From IMG/VR virus record IMGVR_UViG_3300028654_000001, positions 62,001 through 126,000 of that record: a DNA stretch of 64,000 nt; one strand, 5' to 3'. Numbering within the stretch: the stretch's first letter is position 1; each line of letters begins with the position of its first letter. The position numbers and the translations under genes were made by a program. This document shows, piece by piece, positions 59,597 to 64,000 of this stretch. The notes beneath the pieces were generated by a model. The model had not been told where the DNA came from. It was given only the letters and a program-made list of their open reading frames with translations, and searched no databases.

Positions 59597-61258
59597 TTAC
59601 TCTAGCCCTTCTTCAGCAGCCGTCGCTTTGATTTTCTCAGAGCGGTAGCGGTAGAGGCCTGCGTTCTGATGTTCATACCCTAGGACAACTAAGCCCTTTT
59701 GAAGGTTGTTTAGGTTACCTCTCGGAATGTTTATTACCTCTGAGGCAACTCTTCCAAAGTGCTCTCTGTATTCCTGAGGGGTTCGCTCACGATAGAGATC
59801 TGGGTTCATGTTTGCGAAGCAACTCTGGGGATTTGCCAAAAAGGTTCGGATTTCCTTGCACTCAGGAACTTTATTGCCTTTGTGGTAGCTGATTCGCATA
59901 TGGTGAAAAGAAGCGATGTACCGCCCCCAAGCATACGCAAGATCACCACACAAGTCTTCGGAGATGGATCCATCCATGAGTCTGATCTTGTCCTCCAACT
60001 CATCCTCGTTGTTTTCCTTCTTGAATGTAATCGACGTCGCCATTACTGTTAGTTCTTTCTGGGCAAGCCCGTGTTCTCGGTAGTAATTTATTTCAGTCCA
60101 CTTGGTGAAGTTAGCTAAGTAAAGGTCACTTGATATGCTGAATAGCTGTTGAGGGATTCGTCCTCCTGTCAGCAAAGCCCACATCGTGTCCTGAATCACT
60201 GATTCAGGGTAGATCGGTTCAAACTTCCCGTTCGAAGTTTCCCCCAGATCACACATGAGCCACCGTAGGTTGACTCGCTGTGGGTTCTGGTACCTCACCT
60301 GCTTCTGAAACAGGAGTAGGTTGTCACGTATCTTACCGACGGTAGTGATAGCCATGTTTCGGATCGAGATGCGAGACATGCTGGGGCGAATCTGAACCAT
60401 ATGAATAGGATCGTTGGTCGACTCAAGATCGGTCAGTATCTTCCAACAGCACTCAACAGCATCCTTGTCCGAGTACCCCATCCCGAGGATTCCCTGAGCC
60501 GCTTCAATGATTGGGTGACTGATTCCGGTAACTGGGATCATCACTATTGATGACTCGTTGGTGTGCACCGCATTGTTTGCAAGCGCGTAACTGAGCCCTG
60601 TCACAACAGTGATTGCTTCCCCAACCTCAATCATGAAGTTGTGCCCTTGCTTCATCCCGAGGAACTTATTGGCCCCTTCGTTAACCGAATGGAGCTTCCC
60701 GTTAGCCCTAACTAAACCAATTCCATTTACTTCGGGTTGGAGTCGAGCTTTTGACCCACCTTTAGCTCCAGACATTAGACTTGGTTCGGTCAGGCAGTCC
60801 GGGTTACCATCTTTCCCAAGGATAGTCAGTTTCTGACTTTGAAACAGCTTGTTGCAAGCTTCGTAACAGGCCGATCCAATGGATTCTAGACTACCAACTG
60901 GTGTACCCTTGAATGTCAGAACAACCCAGTTGGTGGGTTCGATCTCAGGATACTTCAGCGATCCCTCCAAGAACTTGATAGCTGCTTGATACAAGGTCCT
61001 GTGCTTTTTGAAGATCGGTAGGTGAACTTCCCAGAAGACAGACTCAGGGTCGAGTACGACCTTCTTGGAGTCATAGCCCGAACATGGATAGAGAGACGCT
61101 TCTGTGGCACGCCCCGTAATGGCCTTCTGAGGCATCACGAAGGTCTTGTGCTTGGTTGCGACTCCAGTGGTCAGCTCCAAGGTAAAAACATTCTTACGAG
61201 TCTCTGGGGTGGCATCAACTCGACTTCCTAGGGATTGGAGATCCCAATAGAGGTTCAT
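59597..61258 (-). CDS. cas8c: Divergent type I-C Cas8c (Csd1) large subunit
   Basis: KLHSVNEGA..FLG..QG.N, AYAWGR, QKGLVVLGYEHQ; lies between cas5 and cas7. Confidence 0.8.
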   Translation of the reverse strand: MNLYWDLQSLGSRVDATPETRKNVFTLELTTGVATKHKTFVMPQKAITGRATEASLYPCSGYDSKKVVLDPESVFWEVHLPIFKKHRTLYQAAIKFLEGSLKYPEIEPTNWVVLTFKGTPVGSLESIGSACYEACNKLFQSQKLTILGKDGNPDCLTEPSLMSGAKGGSKARLQPEVNGIGLVRANGKLHSVNEGANKFLGMKQGHNFMIEVGEAITVVTGLSYALANNAVHTNESSIVMIPVTGISHPIIEAAQGILGMGYSDKDAVECCWKILTDLESTNDPIHMVQIRPSMSRISIRNMAITTVGKIRDNLLLFQKQVRYQNPQRVNLRWLMCDLGETSNGKFEPIYPESVIQDTMWALLTGGRIPQQLFSISSDLYLANFTKWTEINYYREHGLAQKELTVMATSITFKKENNEDELEDKIRLMDGSISEDLCGDLAYAWGRYIASFHHMRISYHKGNKVPECKEIRTFLANPQSCFANMNPDLYRERTPQEYREHFGRVASEVINIPRGNLNNLQKGLVVLGYEHQNAGLYRYRSEKIKATAAEEGLE

Positions 61259-61905
61259 GCTGACCTCCTATTGAGCCGCTTGATTCCCATGTTTCGAACA
61301 ACGTCCCAAGAAGGATATCGAACAACCCCGTGTGACATGGTCAACGGTGCAAAGTAATACGGTGTTTCTGGATCATCCCAATCAACATCATAGAACATCA
61401 GGCCGAAGTCAGGCGAGATATCGACTGGGTTTGCAGGCTCTTCAGCGGCTTCCAAGTAACACTTGCACTCGGAGGTTCCAAAGTAGATGCGCCGTCGTTC
61501 AACACCCATCCGAAGACGATCTCGGAACATCTTGTCGAACTTTGGGATATTGTCCTCAGGGCCGGCTTTACTTGAAAGCTTGAATTGGCACTCAATAATG
61601 CAATCGTAATTCCGTAGATAAGTCGACGTTCGTTGAGTCCGGTCCTCTTCAATAATGATAGGTTTGTTTGGGGAGTTTGAGTCAAAGCTCAGTTCGTTGA
61701 GAAGCATAGGGTGGTATACTGGCTTACTTTGGAGGGATAGACTGAGGATCCTCCAATCAATTGCCTTGTGCCCGCATATCCCCCTTGGAAGGGCAACCCC
61801 CGCTGAGTGAGATGGGATCAGTGAACTGATCCTCTCTGACCTGAATGCTGGTTGGTTGAACAATGCATAGGGTCCCCATGCATGTATCCTGTATATTGGT
61901 GACAT
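61255..61905 (-). CDS. cas5: Type I-C Cas5 (Cas5c/Cas5d)
   Basis: WGPYALFNQP..RSER, IEEDRTQR, YFGTSEC, DFGLMFYDVD, MSHGVV. Confidence 0.92.
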   Translation of the reverse strand: MSPIYRIHAWGPYALFNQPAFRSERISSLIPSHSAGVALPRGICGHKAIDWRILSLSLQSKPVYHPMLLNELSFDSNSPNKPIIIEEDRTQRTSTYLRNYDCIIECQFKLSSKAGPEDNIPKFDKMFRDRLRMGVERRRIYFGTSECKCYLEAAEEPANPVDISPDFGLMFYDVDWDDPETPYYFAPLTMSHGVVRYPSWDVVRNMGIKRLNRRSA

Positions 61906-62059
61906 CTAGTTCGATTCCTCCTGGTTTGATTGACTTTCCTACTTGGGAGTGGCTAAGGTAGCCACCTTCTATGAAGTTTAGCAAGACACTTCTCAATCAG
62001 GTCGTATAATAAGTAGGATGTTGACCCACACCAGTGATTTTGGTTGAACTAGACTACCT

Positions 62060-62283
62060 TACCAGCTACATTCGAATGGATCTGCATCAGTTATGCGAGA
62101 GGTTAGGTGCCACTAAAAGTAAGGCAACCTCTCGCATACTAGCTAGGTCTTTGAAAATTGATATTAATCAATTAGCTAGCAGCTACCAATTGCACGAGTT
62201 TAACTGAGTTACCTGAAGTTCGAAACGTAGTTCTCGAGATCAATCCTGTAACTGGTTGGACTCTCTAGTTCTATAGGTGACTA
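62060..62283 (+). promoter_or_regulatory. CRISPR leader for array C
   Basis: ATGCGAGAGG...CCTCTCGCAT...TTGAAAATTGAT at 62093-62162. Confidence 0.75.
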
Positions 62284-63986
62284 CTGGGGATCCTTGATTG
62301 GATCCCCGTTCATTGAAACTCTCGATACAATGCTCCCAGAGGAAGCCTCTCGGTCAGCTGGGGATCCTTGATTGGATCCCCGTTCATTGAAACAGCTTCG
62401 CCACGATGACCGTTTGCGCCTCCCCGTCTTCTGGGGATCCTTGATTGGATCCCCGTTCATTGAAACCCGTAAAGGCGTCAACGTCATCTCGATTCCCATT
62501 CTTGCTGGGGATCCTTGATTGGATCCCCGTTCATTGAAACCTTTCAGTGCCGGTTCTCAGAGATGGGGAGAAGGACCTGGGGATCCTTGATTGGATCCCC
62601 GTTCATTGAAACGATTGTGTGCAGAACGTCGTCGAGCGCGGTGCGTCCTGGGGATCCTTGATTGGATCCCCGTTCATTGAAACACGGAAACTTGCGGAAG
62701 GTCGAATAAAGGGTGAGAACTGGGGATCCTTGATTGGATCCCCGTTCATTGAAACAATGTTGCTGTTTTCCCATCGCCACTCGCAGCGGTCTGGGGATCC
62801 TTGATTGGATCCCCGTTCATTGAAACCATCTCGTTGACCATGGTCCCACCCACTACGAGTGGCTGGGGATCCTTGATTGGATCCCCGTTCATTGAAACCA
62901 CGCTCTGAGAGGGGCATTCGTTACAGCAATGATGGCTGGGGATCCTTGATTGGATCCCCGTTCATTGAAACAAACGAGTCACGGCAATTGCACCGCGTAC
63001 TGGCCCGAGGTCTGGGGATCCTTGATTGGATCCCCGTTCATTGAAACAGGAGCTCTGCGTCTTGACGTAGGAGGCCTTCAGGCTGGGGATCCTTGATTGG
63101 ATCCCCGTTCATTGAAACCAAGTCCTCAAGTTCCTGCGATTCGCTCCGATCATTCTCTGGGGATCCTTGATTGGATCCCCGTTCATTGAAACGTCAATAA
63201 CCTAATGATTCGGTTCGCAGGCTCTGGGCCTGGGGATCCTTGATTGGATCCCCGTTCATTGAAACGAAGAGTATCATCGCTCGAAGTTTCACCTGTAGCA
63301 GGCTGGGGATCCTTGATTGGATCCCCGTTCATTGAAACGATCCACTGAAGACCCTGACTCCTCGGACTTAGGGCTGGGGATCCTTGATTGGATCCCCGTT
63401 CATTGAAACGGAGCCCTACCTAGTCTGTTCAAGAGCGAGGGAGAGCTGGGGATCCTTGATTGGATCCCCGTTCATTGAAACTGGAACCTTCTTCTGCTCT
63501 ACCGACAGACCGTTGAGCAGCTGGGGATCCTTGATTGGATCCCCGTTCATTGAAACGGCCCTCTTGGGCTGACACCCGGACCCATAAAGATCTGGGGATC
63601 CTTGATTGGATCCCCGTTCATTGAAACTTGGGTTTGATTTTGACTATCCGCTCTCCATAGCAGCTGGGGATCCTTGATTGGATCCCCGTTCATTGAAACG
63701 AGACCAAGACAAGGATTATTCCTCCTCGTCCAGTCTGGGGATCCTTGATTGGATCCCCGTTCATTGAAACACGTCCATGAGTCGCTTGGTCTGATTGGCG
63801 CAAAGTAGCTGGGGATCCTTGATTGGATCCCCGTTCATTGAAACTGGTTGAGGTGAAATCGGTTCGGGCAGCTCGTTGGCTGGGGATCCTTGATTGGATC
63901 CCCGTTCATTGAAACACTCAGCTCCCGAACTCGTTCGAGTCGCTCACGGACTGGGGATCCTTGATTGGATCCCCGTTCATTGAAAC
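62284..63986 (+). CRISPR. CRISPR array, repeat C (CTGGGGATCCTTGATTGGATCCCCGTTCATTGAAAC), 24 identical repeats, likely continues past the window
   Basis: Invariant 36-nt repeats with 34-40-nt unique spacers. Confidence 0.98.
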
Positions 63987-64000
63987 GACAGTAGCAACGC

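Noticed and set aside
63700-63734. Spacer end resembles 46601-46617 (14/17, IPPRP codons)
   Set aside because: Too short to distinguish from chance. I saw no convincing self-targeting spacer by eye; a BLAST is needed

Overview
This 64-kb window looks like part of a large (jumbo-type) tailed phage genome. It holds three long virion-type genes (1-9.4 kb), a FliA-like sigma factor, a KpnI-like HNH nuclease, a ParB-domain protein and well over 100 small accessory ORFs. Many of those ORFs sit behind two repeated promoter-like motifs that imply leaderless mRNAs. The right end carries a CRISPR locus with cas5c-cas8c-cas7c and no cas1/2/3/4/6 in the window. In the same operon, an HD-less SF2 helicase, a probable SAM-methyltransferase-fold protein, an HTH protein and an unknown ORF follow cas7. 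The operon is flanked by arrays with three different repeats that share one 13-nt 3' end, and two solitary copies of a fourth repeat lie about 18 kb away. The second major signal is a C-terminal peptide, (P)TRFER(IL / xxVI), on 22 otherwise unrelated proteins. It is conserved at the protein level and recurs in a divergent module with a family starting DIESYWxGIRPP. All calls come from reading the sequence by eye; no searches were run.
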